NCBI GenBank assembly: GCA_016787745.1
Contig: JAEUUB010000786.1
Span: 1 to 50,317 of the forward strand
DNA from: Cyclobacteriaceae bacterium
GTDB lineage: Bacteria > Bacteroidota > Bacteroidia > Cytophagales > Cyclobacteriaceae
Reading direction: 5' to 3'
DNA length: 50,317 nt
Position numbers and translations under genes: made by a program. Shown in pieces: positions 20,273-30,222 of this stretch (position 1 is the stretch's first letter; every line of letters begins with the position of its first letter). Under the pieces are notes generated by a model. That model saw only the letters and a program-made list of their open reading frames with translations. It had not been told where the DNA came from and did no database searches.

Positions 20273-21611
20273 ATTTGAATTAAACAAAGAGTTCAGAGAT
20301 CGTTTTCAGGATGCCTTGAATGAACGCGATGGGGATTTCATTCGCAAAAGTCTGGAGGAGGTAAATCCGGCCGACATTACAGCCCTGCTGTATGAATTCA
20401 GTGGGGAGGAATCAAAGTACGTATTGGATTTGCTTCCCCTTGAAATCCGCTCAAAGATTATTAACGATCTTGATTCGGATACAAGAAAAACTTTTCTAAG
20501 CCATTACACCACCCAGGAAATAACAGAGGTGGTAAATCAGCTTGACTCAGATGATGCGGCTGATATTTTAAATGAATTGCCTATCAAAACCAGCGAAGAG
20601 ATTATTGCCCGGCTGGACGCTGAACTCAAATCACAGGTAATTGATTTGTTGAGGTACGATGAGAACGTGGCCGGTGGGTTGATGGCCAAAGAGTTGATTA
20701 AAGCGCTCGATCACTGGACGGTGGTTCAATGTGTTGAAGAGATTCGCAAACAGGCAGAACATGTAACCAAGTTTTACGCTGTGTATGTGGTAGATACCAC
20801 GGATAAACTTTTGGGACGTGTGTCACTCCAAAAATTGATTCTATCGGATCCGCGCACCCTGGTTAAGGACATTCTGGATGATGATGTGGAAGTGGTGGAA
20901 ACCTACATGGAAGACAGAGAGGTTGCGGAGATTATGAGTAAATACGATTTAGAATCGGTACCCGTTGTTAACGTGCAAGGTCAATTGGTTGGGCGAATTA
21001 CGATCGATGACGTAGTTGATGTGATTACGGAACAAGCAGAAGAAGATCGGCAACTGATGTCGGGTATAACGGAAGATGTAGAGGAGGATGATAGCATCTG
21101 GAGGAATACCCGTGCGCGTTTGCCCTGGCTGTTTATAGGTATTTTGGGTGGGATGGTTAGCGCCCGCTTTATGGGTTTTTTTGAGTTGGAGATAGCCAAG
21201 ATAACCGCCATCGCATTTTTTATACCCCTTATACAGGCGACCGGAGGGAATGTGGGGATTCAGTCCTCCTCTTTGGTTGTTCAGAGTTTGGTAAGCCCAG
21301 GCTTTGTTGACGAAGGCCTTTGGAAGCGATTGCTGAAGGTATTTAGCGTTGCTCTCCTTAACGGGATATTTCTTTCCTTACTTGTGTTTGGTATCACCTG
21401 GCTGGTATTTGGATACGATCCCTTAAACATGGTTGTATCGATGGCACTTTTCTTTGTAGTGGTTTTTGCTTCTTTTATAGGAACAGTAACACCGCTTATC
21501 CTCAATAAGATGGGCTTTAATCCCGCATTGGCTTCAGGGCCCTTTATCACCACGACTAACGACTTATTGGGATTGGCTATTTACTTTTTAACTATCCACC
21601 TTTTTTTGTAA
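20259..21611 (+). CDS. mgtE: Magnesium transporter MgtE
   Basis: N domain and CBS pair, RLPWL, GGNVGIQS, PALASGPFITTTND. Confidence 0.95.
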   Translation: MEPIEFELNKEFRDRFQDALNERDGDFIRKSLEEVNPADITALLYEFSGEESKYVLDLLPLEIRSKIINDLDSDTRKTFLSHYTTQEITEVVNQLDSDDAADILNELPIKTSEEIIARLDAELKSQVIDLLRYDENVAGGLMAKELIKALDHWTVVQCVEEIRKQAEHVTKFYAVYVVDTTDKLLGRVSLQKLILSDPRTLVKDILDDDVEVVETYMEDREVAEIMSKYDLESVPVVNVQGQLVGRITIDDVVDVITEQAEEDRQLMSGITEDVEEDDSIWRNTRARLPWLFIGILGGMVSARFMGFFELEIAKITAIAFFIPLIQATGGNVGIQSSSLVVQSLVSPGFVDEGLWKRLLKVFSVALLNGIFLSLLVFGITWLVFGYDPLNMVVSMALFFVVVFASFIGTVTPLILNKMGFNPALASGPFITTTNDLLGLAIYFLTIHLFL

Positions 21612-21759
21612 TAAGTTGGCGATTGTACAGAAGTAATGAACTGGGCCAATCCGGGTTATTTTTATTGTGATCTATTCTTCTTTTTTCATTTTATTTGAAA
21701 ATGGAATTCAGGTCTCGTTACTTTTAATATTATTGTTTTGATGTTGTCTGGCCCACTAT

Positions 21760-22605
21760 ATGCCTGGTTTGAATAAAATAAAGGAGAAATTTCAAGACCA
21801 ATTCAATAATATTATTGAAAAGCCTCTGGTAACAGCATCCATTGTTTTGGCTGGAGTTTCAATTCTTGTTCTTGGACTAAGCTTTAAATATTACCTGCGC
21901 GATTTTGAAAGTTTCTGGCCACAGATTTTGGCCGAGGCGCATGGAATGATTTTCGATATTGCCATAATAGGTATTTTAATTTTTTGGCTAAATCAAAATG
22001 GAGAAACCCGCCAGCGCATTCGGTTTTACAAAGACGAGATTGATGACTTTCGATTATGGGAATCGGATGAAGCCGCCTTCCGAACGGTGGGCAACATTAA
22101 ACGTTTAAACCGTCACAAAATTCATGAGATTAACCTGGTTAATTGCTTTTTGGCACGTACCAATCTCAATTATGTTAACCTCAAAGCCTCCAATCTCAAC
22201 TCAGCCAATTTCACAAACTCATCGCTGATTGAAACAAACCTGGAAAACACACGGCTTAACCAAACTAATTTTGAAAATTCAAATTTGAATCAAGCCATAT
22301 TGAGAGGTGCCTATGCCAGTGGCGCAAACTTTAAAGATGCGTTTTTGATCAAGTCTCAGTTTGAAAATGCTTTTTTAATAAAAACTAATTTTAAAAACGC
22401 CTTTTTAATGGAGGCAAACTTGACGGGTAGTTATTTAATGGGTGCCGACTTTGAAAATGCAAGCCTTTACAAAGCTGATTTGAGAGGGGCCAAGGGTCTT
22501 ACCTTGGAGCAATTAACCAAAGCAAAAACATTATACCTGGCCAGGTTTGATGATGAAATCCTGGATCAGATAAAAACCAGTTTGCCCGAGTTGGTGGGAG
22601 CCTGA
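21760..22605 (+). CDS. Membrane-anchored pentapeptide repeat protein
   Basis: Two N-terminal TM segments, then tandem pentapeptides (TNLNY VNLKA SNLNS ANFTN ... ADFEN ASLYK ADLRG). Confidence 0.88.
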   Translation: MPGLNKIKEKFQDQFNNIIEKPLVTASIVLAGVSILVLGLSFKYYLRDFESFWPQILAEAHGMIFDIAIIGILIFWLNQNGETRQRIRFYKDEIDDFRLWESDEAAFRTVGNIKRLNRHKIHEINLVNCFLARTNLNYVNLKASNLNSANFTNSSLIETNLENTRLNQTNFENSNLNQAILRGAYASGANFKDAFLIKSQFENAFLIKTNFKNAFLMEANLTGSYLMGADFENASLYKADLRGAKGLTLEQLTKAKTLYLARFDDEILDQIKTSLPELVGA

Positions 22606-22649
22606 TTTTGAAATCGTAAATTAAAAAATTAATTTTGAGTCCTGTTGTT

Positions 22650-22690
22650 ACAACGGCTTCGCGCCCCGAAGCCGTTGTTTCTTTTTATTT
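22650..22690 (+). terminator. Intrinsic terminator or attenuator hairpin upstream of greA
   Basis: Perfect 12-bp stem ACAACGGCTTCG/CGAAGCCGTTGT, 5-nt loop, followed by TTCTTTTTATTT. Confidence 0.75.
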
Positions 22691-22739
22691 GAGATTGAAT
22701 GGAGAGTAGGAATTGGGGCAAACATAAATCATCAGGAAT

Positions 22740-23216
22740 ATGAGTCAGAAGATTTCTTATTATACCAAGGAAGGTTTAGAAAAACTTACCAATGAATTAG
22801 CCACGCTTAAGAGTAAGGGCCGCAGTGATATTGCCAAACAAATTGCCGAAGCCCGCGATAAAGGTGACTTAAGTGAAAATGCGGAATATGATGCCGCGAA
22901 AGATGCGCAAGGACATCTGGAAGCCAAAATTGCCCAGTTAGAGAATTTGCTAAGTGGCGCGCGCTTGCTGGATGAAACTAAAGTTGATACGTCTTCCGTT
23001 TCTATCCTGTCGAAGGTGACTATTAAAAATAAAAAGAATAAGGCCACCATGACTTATATGTTAGTATCTGAAGAAGAAGCGGACCTTAAGTCAGGAAAAA
23101 TTTCCACACAATCGCCTATCGGTAAAGGTTTGCTCGGGAAGAAGAAAGGGGATGTGGCTATTATTAAAACTCCGGCTGGCGAGATTGAATTTGAAATTCT
23201 TGATATTGGTGCTTGA
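22740..23216 (+). CDS. greA: Transcription elongation factor GreA
   Basis: ARDKGDLSENAEYDAAK, SPIGKGLLG. Confidence 0.97.
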   Translation: MSQKISYYTKEGLEKLTNELATLKSKGRSDIAKQIAEARDKGDLSENAEYDAAKDAQGHLEAKIAQLENLLSGARLLDETKVDTSSVSILSKVTIKNKKNKATMTYMLVSEEEADLKSGKISTQSPIGKGLLGKKKGDVAIIKTPAGEIEFEILDIGA

Positions 23217-23229
23217 TAGCTAAAACTCT

Positions 23230-23625
23230 ATGGCTTCCATCTTTACAAAAATTATCAATCGCGAAATACCCGGCCACATTGTGGCTGAGGATGATCGCTT
23301 TATTGCCTTTCTGGATGTTATGCCCCTGGTGGAAGGCCACACCCTGGTTGTGCCCAAGAATGAAGTGGATTACATTTTTGATCTGGATAATAACACATTA
23401 GCTGATTTGACGGTGTTTGCAAAAAAAGTGGCCGTAGCGTTGAAGCGGGCTGTTCCTTGCAAGCGCATTGGTGTGGCGGTAATTGGACTTGAAGTGCCGC
23501 ACACCCATATTCATTTGGTGCCTTTGAACTCGATGGGTGATATCAATTTTACTAAATCTAAACTTTCATTTTCTGCTGAGGTAATGAAGTCCATAGCGGA
23601 AAAGATCCGAAAGGAAATAGGGTAG
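23230..23625 (+). CDS. HIT family protein
   Basis: SIFTKII, GHTLVVPK, VPHTHIHLVP histidine triad. Confidence 0.95.
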   Translation: MASIFTKIINREIPGHIVAEDDRFIAFLDVMPLVEGHTLVVPKNEVDYIFDLDNNTLADLTVFAKKVAVALKRAVPCKRIGVAVIGLEVPHTHIHLVPLNSMGDINFTKSKLSFSAEVMKSIAEKIRKEIG

Positions 23626-23628
23626 GCA

Positions 23629-24684
23629 TTAAATAAAATCGATGTCTACATTAAGTGGATAACGCATTAAAAAATCAAGCGCTACTTCCACAGTCATTCC
23701 TTCAAAAAGTACTTTATATAAGCGATCGGTAATTAAAGCGCGCACTTTATAATGGTCTGCGCACTTTTTAGCGATACGAACGGTGTTAATCCCTTCTGCC
23801 ACTTCCGACATATCATTTAAAATGTCGGGTAGTTTTTCTCCTTTGGCAAGTCGATAACCCACCGTAAAATTTCTACTCATAGGGCTGTTGCAGGTAGTTA
23901 CCAGGTCCCCGATACCGGCAACGCCCAGAAAAGCTTTTAAGTCGCCCCCCAAAGCCCGCCCCAGATAAACCATTTCTACCGCGCCCCGGCTTATAAGTAA
24001 GCCTTTTGCATTCTCGCCATACCCCAGGCCGCTTAATGCCCCTGAAGCAATGGCAATTATATTTTTTAATACACCCGCTATTTCAACCCCAACAATGTCG
24101 CTGTTCTCATACACCTGAAAGCGGTCGTTGCGCAGGAGCCGCTTGCCAAGCTGAATTACTTCATGGAAATGACTGGCCACTACCGTAGCGCCCGGCTGGC
24201 GTTGCGCTAATTCTTTGGCAAGATTTGGTCCTGCCAGGCAACCAACTCTTACCACTACGCTTTCTTCCTGAATTACTTCGCTCATGGTTTTTACCTGCGT
24301 ACGTGTTAACTTAGGAATGCTCTCAATAGTCTCACCGGGAGGAAGGGTAATGTCAAATCCTTTGGTGCCGTGTATTAAAATGTGGTAAGGATGCAAGTGC
24401 GGGGAAAGTTGTCGCATCATGGTGCGGAAATGGGCAGAGGGCACCATGGGAAAGATGATATCGCACTGCGAAGCCAGATAGGCGAGGTCGTGCGTAGCTT
24501 CAATATTTTGATGTAACGGATATCCTCGGTTCTCTTTTGTCTCGCGCATGCGGAAGACCACCTGTTCATCGCGTGCATAGAGGAGTACCTTTCGTTGTAA
24601 GGCCAGAATATTGGCAATGACCGTTCCGAAATTACCTGCGCCTATTACGCCAACTGGTTTTTCAGATGTACTGTTCAAGGTCAT
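23629..24684 (-). CDS. gpsA: NAD(P)H-dependent glycerol-3-phosphate dehydrogenase
   Basis: GAGNFG, TKG, GPNLAKE, LKNIIAIA, GIGDLVTTC..SRN, AEG. Confidence 0.93.
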   Translation of the reverse strand: MTLNSTSEKPVGVIGAGNFGTVIANILALQRKVLLYARDEQVVFRMRETKENRGYPLHQNIEATHDLAYLASQCDIIFPMVPSAHFRTMMRQLSPHLHPYHILIHGTKGFDITLPPGETIESIPKLTRTQVKTMSEVIQEESVVVRVGCLAGPNLAKELAQRQPGATVVASHFHEVIQLGKRLLRNDRFQVYENSDIVGVEIAGVLKNIIAIASGALSGLGYGENAKGLLISRGAVEMVYLGRALGGDLKAFLGVAGIGDLVTTCNSPMSRNFTVGYRLAKGEKLPDILNDMSEVAEGINTVRIAKKCADHYKVRALITDRLYKVLFEGMTVEVALDFLMRYPLNVDIDFI

Positions 24685-26356
24685 AGCCAACCAATCGATT
24701 ATGGTAGTAGAAAAGTACTGTTAAATCTTTTGTGATGATGTTTCCTTTTTTGTTTTGCAGCAACGGACGTTTAAGGTGAAAGATCCCCACATTTTCGATA
24801 CCCAGTTTTATCACTCCGTCTACCTTTCCTTTCAGGTGGGTTGCGTGGTACACTTTGCCGCTGTCTTTCAGTTCGTAGATTTTTTTTCGAACGCGTTTAA
24901 ACGTTTCTCTGAATTCCGCATACTCAATTTCAAGGTCTTCTTCGGGTAAGCGCAACAGACTGAACAGGTCCAACTTTGGAAACTTCTTTTGCCACATTTC
25001 AAAGGCCACAAACGCAGCCAGGTGACTGCTGAATACGCGGTTGATACGATGATATTCAGACACAATACGCTGACTGAGCATTCGGGTATACTCATCTTCC
25101 CGTTGCTTGTCATCTGTAATGCTGCTGTTTGACACAAAGTAATCCCGCGTGTCTATAATTCTGCCGTGCGAATCCAGACTATTGCCGTCCTCGTCTACAT
25201 AATTCCCTACAACATCAAGTCCCCGGCCAATCGAAACGGAAATATTAGAACCCTTGGTAAAGAATTTAAAAAGGAAACGGAGCAATTGAATACTTCCATA
25301 TTTATCCTGTTCGGGAAAATATTTGTCTTGCCCTTTCACCTGCAGGTAATCTTCAATAAGGTCGGGGGCCTCAAGTACAAAATTGTAATTAAGAGTAACT
25401 GGGACAATAAAAATTTTACGCACATTCTCCCCCGCATTCTCCTGGTAAAGATTTCGTTGGGCTTCAATAGCAGTACTCAGTAAACCCAGTTTGAGTTGTT
25501 TTTCAATCAGTCCTGATCGTGAGCGGGTGCCTCCTGGAAAAAATAAACTATGCGCGCCTTTTTGAATGGCCAGGTTAGAATACATTTTTAATGCTTCCAG
25601 GTAGGGGAGATTCTTTTTTCTGCGATCCACCTTATACGCCCCCAAACTGTTCATAAAGTAAGCAAAGATTTTTATGTTGAAGAGGTTTAACCCGGCTCCA
25701 TAGATAAAGGCGGGCAAACCGCACGAGTGGATCACCCATCCTATTAAAATAGAATCCAGATTGCTGAAGTGGGTAGGTACCATAACCACAGTTCCCCGGG
25801 TTGCCAAAGTTCGAAGCATTTTTACTTTGCCAACAATTTGAATTTTATCCCGTAAGGTATATTGACTTCGAAAAAAGGCTCCGAATTTTTTTACGCGGGC
25901 GCCATTGAGAAGGCGTTGAAACCAAAATTTTACTACTTCGCGCGTTACCCGATACGAGTTGGGTTTAAAATTGCCGGCAATTTCATTTACGTATCGCAAA
26001 ACAATTTTTTGAAGAATTTCTTCTTCAATGGGTTTTGATTCTTCAGGTGCTTTGGAACTGAGTTCGACCAGTTCATTCTTAACCTGAGCCCAGAATTTTG
26101 AATCATCTTTTGGGTCAACCCGCCAGCGATTTCTTTTAATACGGTTTTGTTCGCGATAAGCGGTTGCTTCTAACTCGTCAATTAATTGCTTTCGGGTGGG
26201 CCGGAGTTCCTTAATCCGTTCAATAGTTTTTTGTGCCACCTCTTCGACAAACTCCTTTCGGTTTTTGCTAAGTCGATAGACAGGCCAATCGGGGATGCCA
26301 TCGAGAATAGGTTTGTAAGGTCTGTTTTTATTTTTCTTTTCTTCCAGTATTTCCAT
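24662..26356 (-). CDS. PlsB-like glycerol-3-phosphate acyltransferase
   Basis: HxxxxD motif (THFSNLD), GAYKVDRR, FFPGGTRSRSG, IVPV; 3' end overlaps the gpsA start. Confidence 0.8.
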   Translation of the reverse strand: MEILEEKKNKNRPYKPILDGIPDWPVYRLSKNRKEFVEEVAQKTIERIKELRPTRKQLIDELEATAYREQNRIKRNRWRVDPKDDSKFWAQVKNELVELSSKAPEESKPIEEEILQKIVLRYVNEIAGNFKPNSYRVTREVVKFWFQRLLNGARVKKFGAFFRSQYTLRDKIQIVGKVKMLRTLATRGTVVMVPTHFSNLDSILIGWVIHSCGLPAFIYGAGLNLFNIKIFAYFMNSLGAYKVDRRKKNLPYLEALKMYSNLAIQKGAHSLFFPGGTRSRSGLIEKQLKLGLLSTAIEAQRNLYQENAGENVRKIFIVPVTLNYNFVLEAPDLIEDYLQVKGQDKYFPEQDKYGSIQLLRFLFKFFTKGSNISVSIGRGLDVVGNYVDEDGNSLDSHGRIIDTRDYFVSNSSITDDKQREDEYTRMLSQRIVSEYHRINRVFSSHLAAFVAFEMWQKKFPKLDLFSLLRLPEEDLEIEYAEFRETFKRVRKKIYELKDSGKVYHATHLKGKVDGVIKLGIENVGIFHLKRPLLQNKKGNIITKDLTVLFYYHNRLVGYDLEQYI

Positions 26357-26422
26357 CTTCCAGATCTTAGCCAATGCGGGGGGTCAAAGTTAATCGGTGT
26401 AAGGTCAAACGCCAAAAGTCAT

Positions 26423-26665
26423 TTATAAGTGTCGTTCAACCGCTGCGTTCAGGCTCCCCGACATTTCCTGAAATCGACTTACGGCTTCATCGAGAAAGGG
26501 TTCATCCAGCAGTTGAAGGACATCTTCCTCAGAGGTAATATCAAGTTCATTTATTTTAAATGTTTGTTCCAACAAGCCCGACTCTATTTTTATCAAATAC
26601 TTTCCATTCCATTGAAAAATAGTGATTTTGAAGTTGGCGAAAGGTATTTCTTTTACTACTCGCAT
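26423..26665 (-). CDS. Small hypothetical protein
   Basis: MRVVKEIP..KITIFQWNGKYLIKIE.GLLEQTFK; resembles a small Bacteroidota family of unknown function. Confidence 0.75.
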   Translation of the reverse strand: MRVVKEIPFANFKITIFQWNGKYLIKIESGLLEQTFKINELDITSEEDVLQLLDEPFLDEAVSRFQEMSGSLNAAVERHL

Positions 26666-26858
26666 GTTTACTTTACAGCTAAATTTAGAGTAAATTACAA
26701 TCCTTGAGGCACCGTACAAATGAATACTTGTTTACTTACCAAATATTTGGCAAGGTTCAGCGTTTATCTCTCAAAAAAACACTTTTACGGGCAGACTATT
26801 TGTTGTTACTTGTAACCTAATCCAATTTATAATTGTTGTGATTCCGTAGTTTAGAAAT

Positions 26859-29747
26859 ATGAGCAATAGATTGATTACAGGAGGTGGGAGATGGATGGGC
26901 GTGCTAGTATTGGTTCTTATTTCTATTGTAAGCGCCAGAGCAACCCATTTAAGGGCTGGTGAAATTACCTTACAGCGTGTAAGTTGCACAAGCCTTACGT
27001 TTCGTATTACCATTACCGTTTATACTGATACCGGATCACCGATTAAGTTTGGCGATGGTGAGCTCAATTTTGGTGATGGTAGTAATCCTTTAATTACACC
27101 CCCTGTTGATAATACATTGAGGCCTGATTTAGGACCCGAAGTGGGAACCGTGTCCTACACCGTTGAGCATACCTTTCCAGGACCTGGCAAGTATACTATA
27201 AGTTATCTGGAAGCAAATCGAAATGCAGGTATCCTAAATATGACCAATTCTGTGGACACGAGGTTTTATGTTGAAACTCAAATTATTATTGATCCTTTTT
27301 TGGGATGCAGCAACACACCCCGGCTTCTCGTGCCTCCTATTGATAAGGGGTGTACGGGTGCAGCATTTTATCACAATGCCGGAGCATTTGATCCCGATGG
27401 AGACAGCCTTTCGTATGAATTAACGATCCCCAAAAGAGAAAAAGATGCAAATGTGTATGGGTACCTTGATCCAAATAACAAAAAATTCTATGATGCCATT
27501 GGCCTTAATTATGGGACAGCCAACGAGGCGGGAAATGGGTCTCCGACATTTTCAATTGATGAATCGGGCACCTTGCTTTGGAATGCTCCGGGAGCGCCCG
27601 GAGAATATAATGTGGCATTTCTGATTAAAGAGTGGCGTAAGATTAATGGTATCTGGATTCAGTTGGGGTACGTTGTTCGTGATATGCAGATCATTATTGA
27701 AGATTGTCTTAACCAAAGGCCCGAACTGAATGTTCCGCCCGATATTTGTGTTGAGGCGGGTGATCTTGTGACTATCGATGTATTCGGAACTGATCCGGAT
27801 TACGATAGTGTAAAATTGGAAGCTTTTTCTGAAGTTTTCAGCATCAATCCATCTCCAGCGAACTATAGTCCAAGACCTCCGGTGTTCCAAAAGACGGGTC
27901 CTGGCATGGATGCCAAACTTACTTTCTCATGGCAAACCACATGCAATCATGTTCAGGCGCAGTCGTATCAGGTTGTATTTAAAGTCACGGATAAGTCTGG
28001 CAACGGTCCTTCGCTTGTACAGTTTAAAACCTGGAATATTAAAGTGGTAGGACCCGCGCCTGTGTGGCAACCTCCGCAGGTTGATTTAGGTACGCGATCA
28101 GCTATACTTGCCTGGGATAGTTATGCCTGTAAAAATAACGCATCGCAAATGCAGATCTGGCGCAGGGTCGATCAATATGTGTTTACCCCACCCGAGTGTG
28201 TTACCGGAATGCCTGATTTTCTTGGCTACTCATTGATTAATGTTGTGCCTATTGGTACGACTACATTTACCGATAGCAACGGAGGCAAAGGCTTAGCGGT
28301 GGGCGCTCAATATTGTTACCGGCTTGTCGCGATATTTCCTCAGCCCGGAGGAGGCGAAAGTTATGTGTCCCAGGAAGTTTGTTTGCCACCTATTTTGGCC
28401 GATGCCCCCGTGGTTACCAATGTAACGGTTGATGTTACCGATCGAACGGATGGCCAGGTAACAGTTCGGTGGAGACCTCCCTTTGATGCGGATCCCGGGC
28501 AGTACCCTCCGCCTTATACGTATGAAGTTCAGCGTGCGGAAGGATTTTCAGGAGATTTGAAACTTACATTTGCCTATCCGGGTAAGCGCCCTGATACGTT
28601 TTGGGTGGATACGGGTATTAACACACTGGAGACGGTGTATAATTACCGGGTAACCGCCTATGCGAGTGACGGAACTAAAGTTGGTGTATCACCTACGGCA
28701 TCAACCGTTCGATTGGAAACCAATCCACAATTTTTACAGATCGCGTTGTCGTGGAATGCGGATGTTTCCTGGTCTAACATCACACAAGATTATCCGCGGC
28801 ACTTAATTTATCGGGGGCCAGCTAATTCAACCGAAGGGGATTTAGTACTTATTGATAGCGTTGATGTAAATCAATATCAATTTCACTACATTGATTCGGG
28901 TCAATATCAGGACAAACCGCTGGTGGATACAGAACTTTATTGTTACCGGGTAATGACACGCGGTGCGTACGGGAATCCAAGAATCGAGGAGCCGCTTGTT
29001 AATTTTTCGCAAATAATTTGTGCACAGCCTAACGATGATGTAGCTCCCTGTGCACCCACTTTTACGATCGAAGCCAGGGATTGTGAAGAGTATATTCAGA
29101 CTGCTTCGTGCGGGATAAATGTTTACAGTAATGTGCTTACCTGGAATCGGCCGGCCGATCAAAAATGCCGTGACGATATTCAAAAGTACCGCATCTATAA
29201 AGCCACTACAACGGAAAGTGAGTTTTCAGAAATTGCCATGGTAGCCGATACATTCTTTGTGGATTCTAACTTGCCATCTTTTGCTGCGTGCTACAAAATT
29301 TCGGCCGTGGATCGGGCAGGTAATGAGAGTGACCTTAGCGAGAGTTATTGTTTTGACAATTGTCCATATTATGAACTTCCCAATGTATTTACACCCAACA
29401 ACGACAAATGCAACGATTTATTCAGTGCTTTTAGCGATCGCGTTTCCAGTGAGATTGGAGAAGATGGTCAGGCGCCTTGTGGCCAGGATTTAAATGATTT
29501 ACGAAAACGCTGTGCGCGGTTTGTACTGGCCGTTGATTTTAAAGTTTACAATCGGTGGGGAAAGGAAGTGTACAGTTATCAATCCGGGGGAGAGCGATCG
29601 ATTTACATAGATTGGGATGGCCGTGATAATAATGGAAAAGAACTGGCCGGTGCCGTTTATTACTACAACGCAGAGGTTACTTTTGAATCGGTTGATCCTT
29701 CCAAGAAAACGAAAAATATCAAGGGATGGGTTCACCTGATCCGGTAA
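26859..29747 (+). CDS. Large secreted protein with Fn3-like domains and a T9SS type-B (gliding-motility-associated) C-terminal domain
   Basis: Signal peptide then ATHLRAGEI; DPDGDSLSY; Fn3-like Y.YRV/YCY repeats; CTD LPNVFTPNND..ND.F...VYNRWG...WDG...YYY...GWVHLIR. Confidence 0.88.
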   Translation: MSNRLITGGGRWMGVLVLVLISIVSARATHLRAGEITLQRVSCTSLTFRITITVYTDTGSPIKFGDGELNFGDGSNPLITPPVDNTLRPDLGPEVGTVSYTVEHTFPGPGKYTISYLEANRNAGILNMTNSVDTRFYVETQIIIDPFLGCSNTPRLLVPPIDKGCTGAAFYHNAGAFDPDGDSLSYELTIPKREKDANVYGYLDPNNKKFYDAIGLNYGTANEAGNGSPTFSIDESGTLLWNAPGAPGEYNVAFLIKEWRKINGIWIQLGYVVRDMQIIIEDCLNQRPELNVPPDICVEAGDLVTIDVFGTDPDYDSVKLEAFSEVFSINPSPANYSPRPPVFQKTGPGMDAKLTFSWQTTCNHVQAQSYQVVFKVTDKSGNGPSLVQFKTWNIKVVGPAPVWQPPQVDLGTRSAILAWDSYACKNNASQMQIWRRVDQYVFTPPECVTGMPDFLGYSLINVVPIGTTTFTDSNGGKGLAVGAQYCYRLVAIFPQPGGGESYVSQEVCLPPILADAPVVTNVTVDVTDRTDGQVTVRWRPPFDADPGQYPPPYTYEVQRAEGFSGDLKLTFAYPGKRPDTFWVDTGINTLETVYNYRVTAYASDGTKVGVSPTASTVRLETNPQFLQIALSWNADVSWSNITQDYPRHLIYRGPANSTEGDLVLIDSVDVNQYQFHYIDSGQYQDKPLVDTELYCYRVMTRGAYGNPRIEEPLVNFSQIICAQPNDDVAPCAPTFTIEARDCEEYIQTASCGINVYSNVLTWNRPADQKCRDDIQKYRIYKATTTESEFSEIAMVADTFFVDSNLPSFAACYKISAVDRAGNESDLSESYCFDNCPYYELPNVFTPNNDKCNDLFSAFSDRVSSEIGEDGQAPCGQDLNDLRKRCARFVLAVDFKVYNRWGKEVYSYQSGGERSIYIDWDGRDNNGKELAGAVYYYNAEVTFESVDPSKKTKNIKGWVHLIR

Positions 29748-30148
29748 TTGCCGAACACCCAATTATTCTTTTTGATGGTGTTTGCAATTTGTGTAACAAT
29801 TCTGTTCTCTTTATTATCAAGAGAGACGCACGATCTCGTTTTTATTTTGCCGCCTTACAGTCTGATTTTGCCAAAGCACACCTAAACAAATTTGGAGTTT
29901 CATTTACGGAACCCCAAAGTGTGATATTGATTGAAGAAGGAAAACTTTTTCAGAAGAGTAGTGCCGCATTAAAGATTGCCCGGAATTTAAATGGACTTTG
30001 GCCATCGGTTTATGTTTTTATACTTGTGCCTCGGTTTATCCGTGATTTTGTTTATGATGTTATCGCCCGAAACCGGTATCGATGGTTTGGTAAAAGAGAA
30101 GCGTGTATTATTCCAACCCCTGAGTTAAAAGTGCGATTTGTTGGATGA
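29726..30148 (+). CDS. DCC family thiol-disulfide oxidoreductase
   Basis: ILFDGVCNLC, FAALQS, YDVIARNRYRWFGK..C. Confidence 0.92.
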   Translation: MGSPDPVIAEHPIILFDGVCNLCNNSVLFIIKRDARSRFYFAALQSDFAKAHLNKFGVSFTEPQSVILIEEGKLFQKSSAALKIARNLNGLWPSVYVFILVPRFIRDFVYDVIARNRYRWFGKREACIIPTPELKVRFVG

Positions 30149-30222
30149 TTATTTGCAATTATTTTGATTCTACACGGGCATGACGTAAAATCGAGAATTA
30201 TTTATCTAATATAAGATTTACT

